This document shows positions 1 through 12,303 of a DNA stretch of 64,000 nt, piece by piece. Position numbers and translations under genes: made by a program. A model generated the notes under the pieces. That model had not been told where the DNA came from. It saw nothing but the letters and a program-made list of their open reading frames with translations, and made no database searches. The stretch comes from Rebecca billardiae RCC1528 (taxonomy: Eukaryota; Protista; Haptophyta): the NCBI GenBank assembly GCA_965240325.2, contig OZ251241.1, positions 1,426,001-1,490,000 of the forward strand, given 5' to 3'. Every line of letters starts with the position of its first letter. The stretch's first letter is position 1.

Positions 1-333
1 GTCGTCATCACCCACTGCATGCGCGCCGCGTGGCGCCGGCTCGTCGGGTACGGCCGCGTCTGGACGGACCCCGAGGCCGAGGCCGCAACCGAGGCCGCGG
101 CCGAGATCGCGATCTCGCCCGCCGAGATCGAGCGCGGGATCGAGCGCGTGTTCGCGCAGATGGACGCCGACGGCAACGGCGACGTCGACCTCGCCGAGCT
201 CTCCGGGCACTACGCGCGCGTGACGGGCGACGAGGCGCCGCCGCAGGCGCTGATGACGGAGATGCTGCGCGCGCTCGACGCGGACGGCGACGGCCGCGTG
301 AGCCGCGCCGAGCTCAAGGCGATCGCCTTGTGA
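1..333 (+). CDS. EF-hand Ca2+-binding protein, 3' end (5'-partial)
   Basis: Two canonical EF-hand loops, DADGNGDVDLAE and DADGDGRVSRAE. The frame is open from the window start and stops at 331-333. Confidence 0.8.
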   Translation, partial: VVITHCMRAAWRRLVGYGRVWTDPEAEAATEAAAEIAISPAEIERGIERVFAQMDADGNGDVDLAELSGHYARVTGDEAPPQALMTEMLRALDADGDGRVSRAELKAIAL

Positions 334-439
334 CGAGCTGCCCCGCGCGCGGCGGTGGCAGAGCCTCATCGAATCAGACTCAAGACTCGTCATGACGACA
401 TGCACTATGCAGACACTGTCGACAGCATTAGTGAGCATA

Positions 440-494
440 AATATATATATATATATATAATTAAGTTATATATATATATTGGATGATATATATA
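440..494. repeat. Interrupted (TA)n microsatellite
   Basis: TA runs read directly. Confidence 0.85.
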
Positions 495-701
495 TGATGT
501 AGTACGTACGACGACGCGCGATATGATCGCGCGCGCGTCAGATTCATGAGACGCGACTACGCGCAGCACTCGACGGCACTGCTGCGCCGTCGACGCCGGG
601 CCGCTGCGACCGTCCTCGCTGCACCGGCCTCCGAGCCGGCCTCCGTCTGTCACTCGTCAGAGTCGCGCGCGCGCTGATCGGAGCACCGACGAGTCCGAAG
701 A

Positions 702-2295
702 TTACGATGCGGAAGATGCTGCTGCCGATGACGGTCGTCGGCCGGCGCGCCGCCACTCCGCGGCGGCGGCGGCCTTCTCCGTGACGTACTCGACAAGCAT
801 GAAGGTGTGCATCCCCACTCTCGGCAGCGCAACTGTCGGCTCGTTCGCCACGGGCGCAAACTGCCCAAAGGTGACGTACGGCGTGCGCGGCGATGCGGCG
901 ATGCGGAACGGCTGGCACGAGGACGAGAGAGTCCAGAAGTAGCGCGCGCCCACGACCGCCGATGCGTCGAACGTGTCCAGGTGCGCGCCCATGCGCTCTC
1001 GCACCCAGCTGCACACCGTCACGCCCGGCAGCGCCCGCGCGCGCTCGAGCGCGCGCTCCAGCGCTGGCTGGTTAAGCCCTGGGCGGACTGCATAGATGGC
1101 CGAGTCGTCAAAGCCGAGCTGTGCCGCCGTGGCGTTCACAAACCACGTCGCGCTGTGGGCCCACGCCTCGTGCAAATGGTTCCACTGCGCGGGGTTGGGT
1201 CGCGCCGCGGGCGGGGTTGTCGGATCGCACGTTGGGGGCACCGCCCGGCCAATCGGCGATCGAGCGCGGCCGCGCGTGCGCGCGCACAGCAGGGTCGCAC
1301 GGGCATCGCTCAAGGGAGGCTCCGGCGCGCACCGTCCACACGACGCGCGCGTCCACCCTGGGGAAGAGCTCCTGCTGGACCGTGTGCGTCGCCCGGTCGC
1401 CGGGCACGATGTACGCGTTGAAGTGGGGGAGCTCTGCCTTGCGCCGGGCGCCCTCCGAGTATGACCACATCAGGAACTGCCGCACCGGCAGCAGCGCAGG
1501 CCGCTGCATGGCGGTCGCCCAGGTGACGGCCGCGACCGCCCACGCGTTGAGCGGCGGGCTGCCGAGCGGGCGGATGTCGTTCACCAGCTGGGCGTGCTGC
1601 AGCGGCAGCTCGAGGAACCGCGCAAAGCCCTTGGGGTACCGGTACACGAGGCAGCCGATGCCGCCGCCCGCCTGCGTGCACTGCATGTCGCCGCCGAGCG
1701 CCATCTGGATGCCGCCGCGGCTGTGTGGGAGCGTCGAGCCGGTGGCGCCACCGAACAGGATCGAGTGGTGGATGTGGTACGGCGGCGAGCCGAGCAGCCG
1801 CCAGCTGCCCTCCTCTGCGATGCCCAGGAAGATCCCGCGTACCGGGATGCGCTCGCCCGCGCGCATGCCCGGCGGCATGATCGGGCTCGAGTAGTCAACC
1901 CAGTCGAAGCCGCCGACGCTCGAGTGCGGGCCGACGCGCACGAGGAGCGTGGTGAGCTCCGCGCCCTGGAGCACGCACTGCTGGTACGTGACCGCGCGCG
2001 GCGTCATGTTCATCACCGCGCCGGGATCGCCGACGCCCGGCGCGACCTGGAGCGTAGCGCGCTCGCGCAGCGGCGCGTTGTCTGCCCACGCGCACGAGCG
2101 CAGCTGCTGCTGCACGTGCGCGGCGCGCGCAAACGCCTCCGAGGGCGGGATGATATTGGCGCGGCACCACGCGCGGTAGCTCTCGTCGGCGTGCCGCGCG
2201 CAAAGCTCGGGCGTCTCCACCACCGAGAGCCCGCGGCTGTCCACCGCGCACATGGCGCCGGCCGCGCCGACGAGCAGGAGGAACGCCCGCCGCAT
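702..2295 (-). CDS. Secreted protein, putative copper type II (PHM/DBH-like) monooxygenase fold; 2 exons (2295-1333, 1184-702)
   Basis: Signal peptide MRRAFLLLVGAAGAMC. A GT-AG intron at 1332-1185 joins the two ORFs in frame (VVWT|WNHLH). Motifs HIHHSILFG, YPKGF, HLH and GMH resemble the PHM CuH/CuM ligand segments. Confidence 0.5.
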
Positions 2296-2408
2296 CGTCT
2301 CTTCTTTCAGGCCGGCACTGGTCACAACGACTGCATGCTCAAGTGGTCAGAGCTCGCGACTCGCGACTCGCGACTCGCGTTGCCGTTGAGGAGCACGAGC
2401 ACCAGCAA

Positions 2409-4717
2409 GTTTGTCTCACCAGCCAAAGGTGTCCAGCCAAGGGCCTTGGTCCAGCGACAGGGTGAGGCCACTTCACCGAAATCCAGGTTGGGGAGGATCT
2501 CCGCTGCACTGGTGGGGAGGATGTCATCCTCCCCGCTCGCCACGGCTGGGGAGGATGTCCGCCGCGCTGTCCGGTCTTTCGCCGCTGACAAAACTTTCGA
2601 AAACGAAAGTCGCGCCATGGCGGACCCGGTGTTCCCGCCCGGCGGCGAAAGGGGCGCGGGGCCGGTGGCTCGCGATCCGAAGGGCAGTAGCTCGCGACCT
2701 CGCTTGGGCGGTGGCAGCGGCGCTGTGGCACGGCGTGTACCATCCGCGCGGCTGTGCGCGATCGCGCGGTCCCGTTCGCCGCCACGCCGCGCGCGACCGT
2801 TCACGCCACAGTCTGTCCGCACTGGCATGCACCCGTTGCAAGCGCATGACGGCGGAGAGCTCAGAGAGCCCGTCACGCGCGTGACGACCGTGTGGGATGG
2901 GTTGTGCCGATATGAAGGCTGCCCTTCGTAGGCTTTCTGATGAGCCCATCCAACGTTCAGACCGTTCCTAACTGCTGAAAGATGAGTCATCGCCTGCCAC
3001 ACGGCCATGGAGTTGTGGACAGTACAGCAGCCGTCCATGATCCTCATGCCCACCTCATGGGCCGGCGCGTGCCTCCCTGAACATGAAGACAAGCTGTACA
3101 ACCCATCCCACACGGTCGTCACGCGCGTGACGGGCTCTCTGAGCTCTCCGCCGTCATGCGCTTGCAACGGGTGCATGCCAGTGCGGACAGACTGTGGCGT
3201 GAACGGTCGCGCGCGGCGTGGCGACGAACGGGACCGCGCGATCGCGCACAGCCGCGCGGATGGTACACGCCGTGCCACAGCGCCGCTGCCACCGCCCAAG
3301 CGAGGTCGCGAGCTACTGCCCTTCGGATCGCGAGCCACCGGCCCCGCGCCCCTTTCGCCGCCGGGCGGGAACACCGGGTCCGCCATGGCGCGACTTTCGT
3401 TTTCGAAAGTTTTGTCAGCGGCGAAAGACCGGACAGCGCGGCGGACATCCTCCCCAGCCGTGGCGAGCGGGGAGGATGACATCCTCCCCACCAGTGCAGC
3501 GGAGATCCTCCCCAACCTGGATTTCGGTGAAGTGGCCTCAGGGTCCGCAACGCCGTGCGCAGCGCGGCAAGGCTATGTCATGAGTCATCCGGCAAGGTCG
3601 CCGCTCGCCAGTGGCACTCGCCCGTCCACCGCCGTGCACGGCGGCGGGGCCGCTCGCGCCGTGCGCTCCTGCGGCCGTCGGATCGGGCTGCGTAGGCGGC
3701 GCGTGGCTTGGGCCGTCGCAGAGCCACCCAGCACCCCTCTCTGCGCCGCGCGCCTTCCTCGTCCTCGCCTCCTCCGCGCCTTGGAGCAGCACGCACACGC
3801 ACGGCGCCGCACAAAGGCAGCCCAGGCGCTCGCGTGCAAGCGTGCGCGCGCGCAGCGCGACGGGCTCGACTCAGGGCTATCGCCGCTGCGGGGGCATGCA
3901 ACACCGTATCATGCGCGCGCGACGCCACCTCGAGCCTGCGCATCGCTCTGACCTTCACGCGGCAAATGCTCACACGTCCTCGTGTTGAAGTAGGCCCAAT
4001 CTGACCAGAACCTGCCATGCGTCAGGACGACTTCTTAGGCAAGACACGATGACAGCTACGTACGCGGCGCTTCTCAGCAAGCGTAGAGACCACAAGAGAA
4101 GCGCGCGCAATCATGACCGTCTCCGCATCGATCGCGTCGACGCACTCAAGGCCCGATGTGGAAGCTTTCCTCGCACGTGTGATGATGCCAAGTCAGACCA
4201 TTTTGTAACGTGCATCGGCGTGCACTGACGGTCAAACCCGCAGGCTCGAGGTGGCGTCGCGCGCGCATGATACGGTGTTGCATGCCCCCGCAGCGGCGAT
4301 AGCCCTGAGTCGAGCCCGTCGCGCTGCGCGCGCGCACGCTTGCACGCGAGCGCCTGGGCTACCTTTGTGCGGCGCCGTGCGTGTGCGTGCTGCTCCAAGG
4401 CGCGGAGGAGGCGAGGACGAGGAAGGCGCGTGGCGCAGAGAGTAGCGCTGGGCGGCTCTGCGACGGCTGAAGCCCCGCGCCGCCTCAGCGGCCCGACCCG
4501 ACGGCCGCAGGAGCGCACGGCGCGAGCGGCCCCTCCGCCGTGCACGGCGGCGGGCGGGCGAGTGCCACTCCGACTGGCGAGCGCGCGGCGACCTTGCGAT
4601 GGCACAGCCTCTGCCGCGCTTGCGCACTGGCTGTTGCGGAGGCACCCTGATACCCTTCCGCTTGGTCTCACTTTGGCGGCGGGGGGGGGGGGGGGGGGGG
4701 GGCACTTTGAGACAAAC
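2409..4717. mobile_element. Older foldback/MITE-like element (degenerate inverted arms ~2409-2463+3545-3940 vs 4239-4717), interrupted by a younger insertion
   Basis: 3545-3940 is an imperfect reverse complement of ~4239-4650. The distal gtttgtctca (2409-2418) pairs with tgagacaaac (4708-4717). Confidence 0.65.
2464..3539. mobile_element. Young foldback element: 442-bp near-perfect inverted arms, 192-bp spacer, 5-bp TSD AGGGT
   Basis: 2464-2905 is the reverse complement of 3098-3539 (I noticed one mismatch). Termini GAGGCC...GGCCTC. AGGGT at both 2459-2463 and 3540-3544. Confidence 0.9.
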
Positions 4718-5581
4718 CGCGTGCGCACGTCCGACGAGCTCACCAACTGGGGAGAGCAAGCTTCCCATGGGCTCTTGGCGCGTATCTGGCGTCCCTACTA
4801 CTGTACCTCCCATGGCATGCAGCCAGCCGTCAGGTTGGCGTCATCCCTTGCAGTAGTAGACTACCTTGCTCACGTCACTGACTAGGGCACCGTGCATCGC
4901 GGTCCGCGGCCGTCTCACAGTGGCGGGGGCACGTTCTGTGACGGGCGCCCTGACTCTACGTTAGTGGTGCGTACAGGCCAGGCATGGGCAGCGGAGCGGC
5001 CGGCAAACGAGCGGAGGTGCCAGGCACGCACCTTGGGCACACATGTGACGCGCCTTGACAGACTTATTGCGTCCGCACCTCACTGCCGCGGGCGCTGTAG
5101 CGCGTGTGAGCGGCGGGCGGCCATGGCACCACGCGGTCCTACGACAACGGTCCGAACTCGGACACGGTGCGCCGCACTGCCAGTGGGCGCCGCCACTGGC
5201 CCAAGCTGCGGTCGGACTGCCAGGCCGCCACTGCCACTGGGCCGCCGCCTGCTTTGTCTACTCAATAAAGTGCGCGCCAATAAAGTGCCCTGCTCGTCGT
5301 CGTCATCTGATGATCCGTGATGTCTCAAAGTTCTGCGCTGCTGAGACTACTGATCTATCACTGAATCTCGGATATGGCGGTCGTCAGATGATATTGTCGT
5401 CTACGACTACTAGCTATTGATGATGATGCCCTCATCTGACCTGATGACGATGCATGTAACGACGAAACTATACGTATATACATATATATATATATCAAGT
5501 GATGTCGATATATATGAGAGTTGCAGAGACGGCTGTCGCGGACGAGTGTGCCACTGTCGTCAGTCGTGTCCGACGTCAGCG

Positions 5582-8500
5582 TCACTGTCCGACGTCGACG
5601 TCAGCGGGACGGCCGCCCGCCGGACGAGTCGGCCTGGATCCGCCGCCGCCGCCGCGCTTGCCGCGCGCAGAGTAGCTGGCCCACTTCGCCTCGAGCAGCC
5701 GCAGCTGCTCCTCCTGCTCCGCCTGCAGCTGCGCGGCGCCGGCGGGCGAGGCGGAGGAGTCCGCGTGCGCGCCGCCGCTCGACGCATCGGCGGCGGCGGA
5801 CGCGCTCGCCGCCGAGCTGCTGCTGTGGTCGCGCGTGCCGCCGCCGCTGCCCAGGGCCGCCGCCTTGCCGCGGCGGTGCGCGTGGTGCGCCGCAATCAGG
5901 CTGGCCGACTCCGCCTCGGCGGCGCTGCCTTCGCTCACGCGGCCTCCGAACGAGCCCTCGCGCGACCCGCCGCCGCCCGGCAGCGGCCCCAGCTGCTGCT
6001 GCCGCCCCTGCTGCCCCGACAGCCGCATCGCGACGCCCGAGGCGAAGAGCTCGATCTGGGAGCGCGAGGAGCGGTTGCTCGGGAGGTGGTCGCGCGTGGC
6101 GCGCGTGCGCGATACGGCGGGCACCTGGTGCGGCGGCGGCGCGTACCAGTCGTCGCGCGAGCCCCTCAGCCCACTCCCGCGGCCCCCTGCCGCCCCGCCG
6201 CCGCCGCCGCCGCCGCCCCTCCGCCGCTGCTCCATCCAGGACGCGTGCAGCTGCGAGAGCTCCGAGAGAACACCCGTGTCCACCAGCGCCTCGGTGCTCG
6301 GGTCGGGCGCGGAGCGCAGCGCGCGAAGGCGCGGCGGCGAGTAGGGCTCGTCGTCGGAGTCCGAGTCCGCGGGGCCGCCCGTCGTGCCGCCGCGCCGCCC
6401 GCTGCCCCCGCGCCGCGACGGCGGCGGCGCCGCGCCGCCCAGGGCCTCGGGCCCGTCCGTCAGCTCGGCGACGTCCGCGGCTGGCGAGGGCGCGCGCGAG
6501 TGCTGCGCCCGCACTGGCAGCTGCGCCGGCGGCGGCAGCGGCGGCGGCGGGTGCGCGGAGGGCGCCTCGGCGGCGCTGGTGCGCGGGCCGAGCGAGGCGC
6601 GCTTGGCGCGCGCCTCATCCGCAGCGTGCACGGCGCGGCTCGCGATTCGGCTGAGGCTCTTGGGCGGCGGCGCCGGCCGCATCGGCGCGACGGGCGCGCC
6701 GCCGCCCACGGGCGCCGCGCCGCCGCCGCGGGCTGGCAGGCCGCTGGCGCCGTGGGCGGGGCTGGCCATGCTGCTGCCGCGCGAGGGCCACGAGTACCGC
6801 CCCTTGAGCGGCGCGCTCGACGGCGCGCCGCTTGTGCCGCTTGTGCGCTCCGGCGCGCGCTGCTGCGCCAACCGCTCAGAAATCGCCGGCGTGGTGCTGT
6901 GGCTGCGCGCGCGCGGGCCGAGGCCGAGCGCGGCGCCTGCGGCGGCGGTGGACGCGGTCGGGGAGATGGCGTTGCCCTCGCCCGCGCCCACGCCCGCGCC
7001 CACGCCCGCGCCCTTCCGCCCGAGCAGCTCGCGCATCCGGCCGCGCGCGCGCGCCGCCGCGGACGGGCGCACGTAAAACAAGTACTCCTCCAACTGCTCG
7101 ACCAGCCCGCCGAAGAAGTGGGCGGGAAACACGGAGTCACGGAGCGGCAGCACGAGGGCCTGGATGAGCTGCGAGGTGTGCGTGTCGCTCTGCAGCGCCA
7201 TCGCCCACAGCCCGAGCACCGTGTCCACCTGCGCCGTCGTCGGCCGGTGCGCGCGTCGGGCGGGCCGCGCGCGGCGGGGCGCCGGGAGAGCACCGGTGAG
7301 CGAATGGCGGCGGCGGCGCGGCGCGCGGTGGCGCGCGGCGCGCTGCGGAGCCACAGGCGGGCAGGCGGCGGCGGCGGCGGCGGCGACGCACCAGCTTGGG
7401 CTTGTCGTCCTCGTTGGTGAACTCGCCTGCGTCGCAACGAGCGCGCGCGCGCAGGGATGTAGAGAGCGAGCGAGACACGGGGGCACGCACGGGGGGCTCA
7501 GCCGCGCCGCGCCAGGCAGCCGCGCATGCCGCGCGCGCCGCGCTTGCCGCGCCGCGCGCGAGCGCCGCGCCGCCCGCGCCGCGCACCGTCAAAGACGCGA
7601 ATCGAGTCGAGCCACCAGTCGTCGTAGTTGAGCTCGGCGACGGGCTGCAGCTCGCCGCCGCCGTCCTCGCACACGTACATCCGCTCGCCCGCGCCGCCCG
7701 CCAGCGCCGCCCACTGCTCGAGCCGCGTCCAGCCGCGCGTCTGGTAGCTCGCCTTGTCACACTTGGCCCCGTGGTCGCGGTGCGTGGTCGGCGGCGCGAC
7801 CGCGAGGAAGTGGTGGGCTGTGGAGGCGTAGAGATGGAGGGAGCCGATGGAGAGGGCCTTGAGCGCGTCGCACGTCTGCGGCACCGAGACGTAGTCGATC
7901 TGCGCGCCGCGAGGCCACGCGCGCGCCGACGCGCCGAGGTCACGCGCGCGCAGACGCGCGCGGCGGCGCGCGCCGCGCGAGACCGCGCGGTCGAGCGCGC
8001 GAGCGCGCGGCGCGGTGCGGTGCGGTGCGGTGCGGTGCGCGGCGCGGCCGTGCTCACCCAGAGATAGACCGAGTCCGGGTCGATGCCTGCGCGCGTGCAC
8101 AGCGCGTCCACCGCGCGCACGATGCACGGGTAGTGCACGCCCTCCGGGTCCGGCTCGTCGAAGGCCAGCCACTGCGAGCGGCGCGCGCCCGCGGCGGTGG
8201 CGGCGGTGGCGGCGGCGTGTGAGCCCTTGACGGCGCGGCGCGGCGCGGCGCGGCGCGGCGCGGCGCGGCGCGGCGCGGCGCGGCGCGGCCGGCGCGGCGC
8301 GCGCCGGCGGCGGTGGCGGCGTGGGGCCGCGGCGGCGCGCAGCGCGGCGGCGCGCGGCGCGCGGGCTCGCGACGGCGCACCTGGTGCGAGACGAACACGA
8401 GCGTGTGCTCCGCCGCGAACTCGAGCACCTGCCCGTAAGTGTCGCAAACAACCAGCTCCGCCGCGTCGCGCACCGCCTCGTGCGGCAGCAGCTGGCCGTG

Positions 8501-11500
8501 GGCTCGGAAGTGGCGGAGGGGGACGTAGCACGCGGGGTAGGAGACGACGGTGGAGGCCTCGGTGGCGCGCACGACGCGCTCGGACATCTCCTTCTGCTGC
8601 TGCCGCCGCGCGGACTCGGCGGCGCGGTACCGCAGCACCGCCACCAAGAGCGCAGCACAGAGCAACACCGCGCCCGCCGCCGCGCCCGCCACCGCGGCAA
8701 TGATCACAAGCCAGCGCGCCGACCCCTGCGGCTGCGAGGCGGGCGGCGCGGCGCGCTCCTTGCCGCCGCCGCCGTCGTCGTCGTCGTCATCGTCGTCGTC
8801 GTCGTCGTCAGCGGCGGCATCGGTGCTGCCGCCCGCGCCGCCCGCGCTGCCGTCCGCGGGCGGCGCCGTGCCGCCGTGCGCGAACACGACACTTCCGGAA
8901 AGTTCCCACCGGCCGCCGGCGTACGCGCCGACGTCGACGAGGGCAGGCGGCGCGCCGCCGGCCGGGCGCACAACGTTGGCGAGGCGGAAGGCGGCGGTGC
9001 GCGCCGAGCGGTCGCCGCGCTCGTCCAGCTCGACCGAGCCCGACAGCCCGTCGAACGTCGGCAGCCGCGCCTCGCCATCCCACCAGCGCACACCCGCAAA
9101 CGCTGGCCGCGCGAGCCCGACGCTCGCGCCGCCGGCCGCCGCCGCGCGCGACGCGCGGCACGCGGCGAGGCCGAGGGCGAGGACGGCGTCGAAGGCGAAG
9201 GCGGCGGCGTGGTCCGGCACGGCGCCGGCGCCGAAGTAGTCGGGCGGCAGCCCCTCCGCGCCCGGCGGCAGCAGACCGTTCACCGCCTCGGGCGCGATCA
9301 GAGCGCCGCGCGCCCACGCGGCCGAAAATTCCTCCCAGCCCGCTCGACCGTCGACGCCGCCGCGCGCGCTCACGTGCGTCGCGCCGACGAGCGCGTCGGA
9401 GAGCGTCGGCTGGCGCTCGGCGAGCTCGGCGAGGGCGCGCGCCGAGCTCGCGCCGGTGAGCACCCAGTGGTACCCGCCGCCCACCAGCCCCAGCGCCGTC
9501 GCGTTCGCCAGCAGCTGCGACAAGTCCTCGTCGTCCGCGGCCGCGACGACCACCCGCGCGCCCGCGTCGCGCACGCGCGCGAGCGCGGCCGCGAGCGAGG
9601 GGGAGTCGAGGCGGTCGTACGGGGCGTCGACGAGCTCGATCCCGCGCGCGACCGCCTCGCTCGCCAGCGCCGCGCCGAGCCCCGCGCCGAACGCGTCGCG
9701 CGCGTGCACGCACGCCGCGCGCCGCCACCCGAACGCGCGCAGATGCTCGGCGATGGCGCTCGCGCCGAGTGAATCCGAAGGAACGGTCCGGGCGAAGGTG
9801 GGGTAGCGGGCCGGATCGGCGAGCTCGGGCGCGGTGGAGGCGTACGAGAGGAGGGGCACACCGTGCAGCCCCGCCAGCGTCGCGACGGGCACCGACACGG
9901 CCGAGCGCGCCGCGCCCACCACCGCATCCCATGACGAGAGCGCCGCGCCGACACCCGCCGCCGCCGCCGCCGCGCCGCCGCCACCGTCCGCCGCGGCGGA
10001 TGCGTCGCACGCGGATGCGCCGCCGGCCGAGTCGGCCGAGCACGCGCCGCCGGCGCGGCCGTCGATGTACGCCGCGGCGCCCGCCGCGGCGTCCCCGTCC
10101 GTCGAGCGCAGGTGCAGCACGAGCTGCACGTCGCACGGCGCGCCGGCCGCGGCGCCGGCCGCGCCGGCCGCGGCCGTGAGCGCGCCGCCGCCGGCCGCGG
10201 CCGGCACGGAGGGCAGGAGCGAGGCGTTGCGGGCGTTCCACAGCCGCGCGGCGGCGAGCGCGGCGATCATCGCGTCGCGCTCGGCGGGGTGCGCCACCGA
10301 GCCCGCCCCGCGCCACAGCCGGCCGAGCACGCCCACGTGCACCACGAGCGCGGCGAGGCCATCCGGCGGCGCGGCCGCCGAGCCGTCAGCAAACGTGAGC
10401 GGCGGCGCGCCGGCCGCGTCCGCCCAGCTGCCGTCCGCGGCGGCGTACGTGGCGACGGCGGTGAGCGCGGGGGGGGCGGTGCCGTCGGCGTCGGGGTAGA
10501 GCACGTTGAGCAGCTCGTACGCCAGGTCCGATCCTTCTCGCTCGCCCGTGCGCGCGTCGAAGCGCACGCGCCCGCTCATGCCGATAAAGTCGAGCGCGCG
10601 CACCGCGCCGCTCAGCCGCGCGGCGTCGGCGAGCGCGGCGCCGTCGGCGAGCGCGCACGCGGCGAGGCCGAGGGCGGCGACGGCGTCGTACGAGTAGGCG
10701 ACGCGAGGGGACGGCACGAGCGGCGCGCCGCTCGCGTTCGCGCCCGTCAGCCACGCCGCCGCCGCGCTCGCCGACGCCGCCGAGGGCATCGCGCCAACCG
10801 CCGCCGCCGCGTCCACCGTCGCCCACGCGGGCTCCGAAAATGCGCCGAAAGCGCCCGCGCGGTCGGCGCTCGGGCCGACGCGCACGGCGCCGTGGAGCAG
10901 CCGGCGCGCGCTCGGGCCCGTCGCGCCCGCGAGCGCGCCCTCGCTCACCCCGTCCGCCAGCACCACGTGCGAGTCCGGGCCGCCCAGTCCGGCCGCCGCC
11001 GCCGCCTCGAGCACGGCGCCGAGCTGGCCGTCGGCGATCGCTCCGACGAGCACGCGCACCGGCGCGCCCGAGAGGGAGGTCATGCGCCGCGCGGCGGCGA
11101 GGAGGGCGGGCGGGTCGTCGTCAGGCCCGATCGAGCCGCGCACCACGCGCACGCGCGCCTCGGCGCACAGCGCCTCGAGCGCGTCCGCCAGGCCGGCGCC
11201 GACCGCGTCGGTTCCGTGCAGCAGACCAATCTCGCGCCAGCCGTGCCGCGCGAGGTGCGCGGCGATGGCGGCGGCGGTGGCGCGGTCGCTCGCGACGGTG
11301 CGCGAGAAGAAGGCGTGCTCCACGGCGGACAGCGCGACCGCGCTCGACGCCGGCGAGACCTGCACGATCGGCACCGCCGGCCCGATGGCTGCCATCGGCA
11401 GCGAGGCGGCCGAGTCGTGCGCGCCGACCACGGCGTGCCAGCCGCGCGTGCGGCGGCCGTCGACGAGGGCGCGGGTGGCCGTGGCCGGGTCGTGCTCGCT

Positions 11501-11758
11501 GTCCACGACCTCCACCGCCAGCCGCGCCTCGCACCCGCGCACGGCCGAGCCGTTCAGCGCGCCCACGACCGCCGGCGAGCGCGCGTTGAAATGCGCAGCG
11601 GCCGCGAGCGCGCCGAGCGCGTGCTCGACGTGCGCGGCGTCGAGCGGCATGACGAGTCCCAGCTTGAGGTCGAAGGGCGCGCCTCCCACCGAGGCGAGCC
11701 ATGCAAGGCACAACGCGCGCGCCAACCGGCGCGCGCCCGGCGGGCTGCGCCCGGTCAT
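5582..11758 (-). CDS. Single-pass receptor: signal peptide + two tandem Venus-flytrap (ANF-receptor/class C GPCR-type ligand-binding) domains + TM + cytosolic HET/TIR-like domain + low-complexity tail; exons 11758-8381, 8171-8058, 7899-7587, 7426-7392, 7228-5582
   Basis: VFT motifs QVSPASSAVALS...FSRTVASD and LLSYASTAPELADPARYPTFARTVPSD. TM WLVIIAAVAGAAAGAVLLCAALLVAVL. Spliced cytosolic domain VFVSHQW...YLWIDYVSVPQ...RGWTRLEQW...FDGEFT. Four GT-AG introns restore the frame. Confidence 0.8.
8232..8290. repeat. Intronic (GCGCG/CGCGG)n pentamer microsatellite
   Basis: Tandem cgcgg units read directly. Similar pentamer runs occur in other introns (8010-8045, 58390-58440). Confidence 0.8.
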
Positions 11759-12303
11759 CGTAGCCGCTGGGGGAGCTGCCTGCGCAGCTCACCGCCACGG
11801 CCGGGATCTCTCAGAGATGCGCTGCTCGTTCAAGGGAGTGTGTCATCAGCCTCGGCTCGTCGTCGCAATGATATGCGGCCGACGAAAAGGGAACCACATA
11901 ATATGCTCGTTCAAGCCCACTGGGTACGTTTGCCTCAATTCGAAGACTCTGGTGGCGAGCGTTCAGGCTTTGTGGGCCGGCGTCTAATCAGAAAGACGTA
12001 ATCAGTAAGACGGCGAGACTGACGACCACAAAAGCAAAATCATTGTGCCGCCGGTCACGTCTTCATTATGAAATTCGCGTAGCTTCGACTCTCAGTGTTG
12101 CCGATATGATCATTGGCGCGTCAAAGCTGCAAACTGCAAAGCGTTGCGCTTCCATGAGCAAGCGCCGTCAATACAGTACATACTCCCTTGATGGCTGCGC
12201 CATGGCTGATGCATCAAAGGACGGTGTCCATGCCGTCGCGGGCATGCACCATCACCGTGTAGGCGTGTACTGGCTGGCCCTCGGGGTACGGCCATCAATC
12301 ATA

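Noticed and set aside
2322-3951. ORFs with identical peptides on both strands (also at 38085-39584 and 41304-44768)
   Set aside because: They arise from the inverted-repeat arms. There is no protein-family signal.
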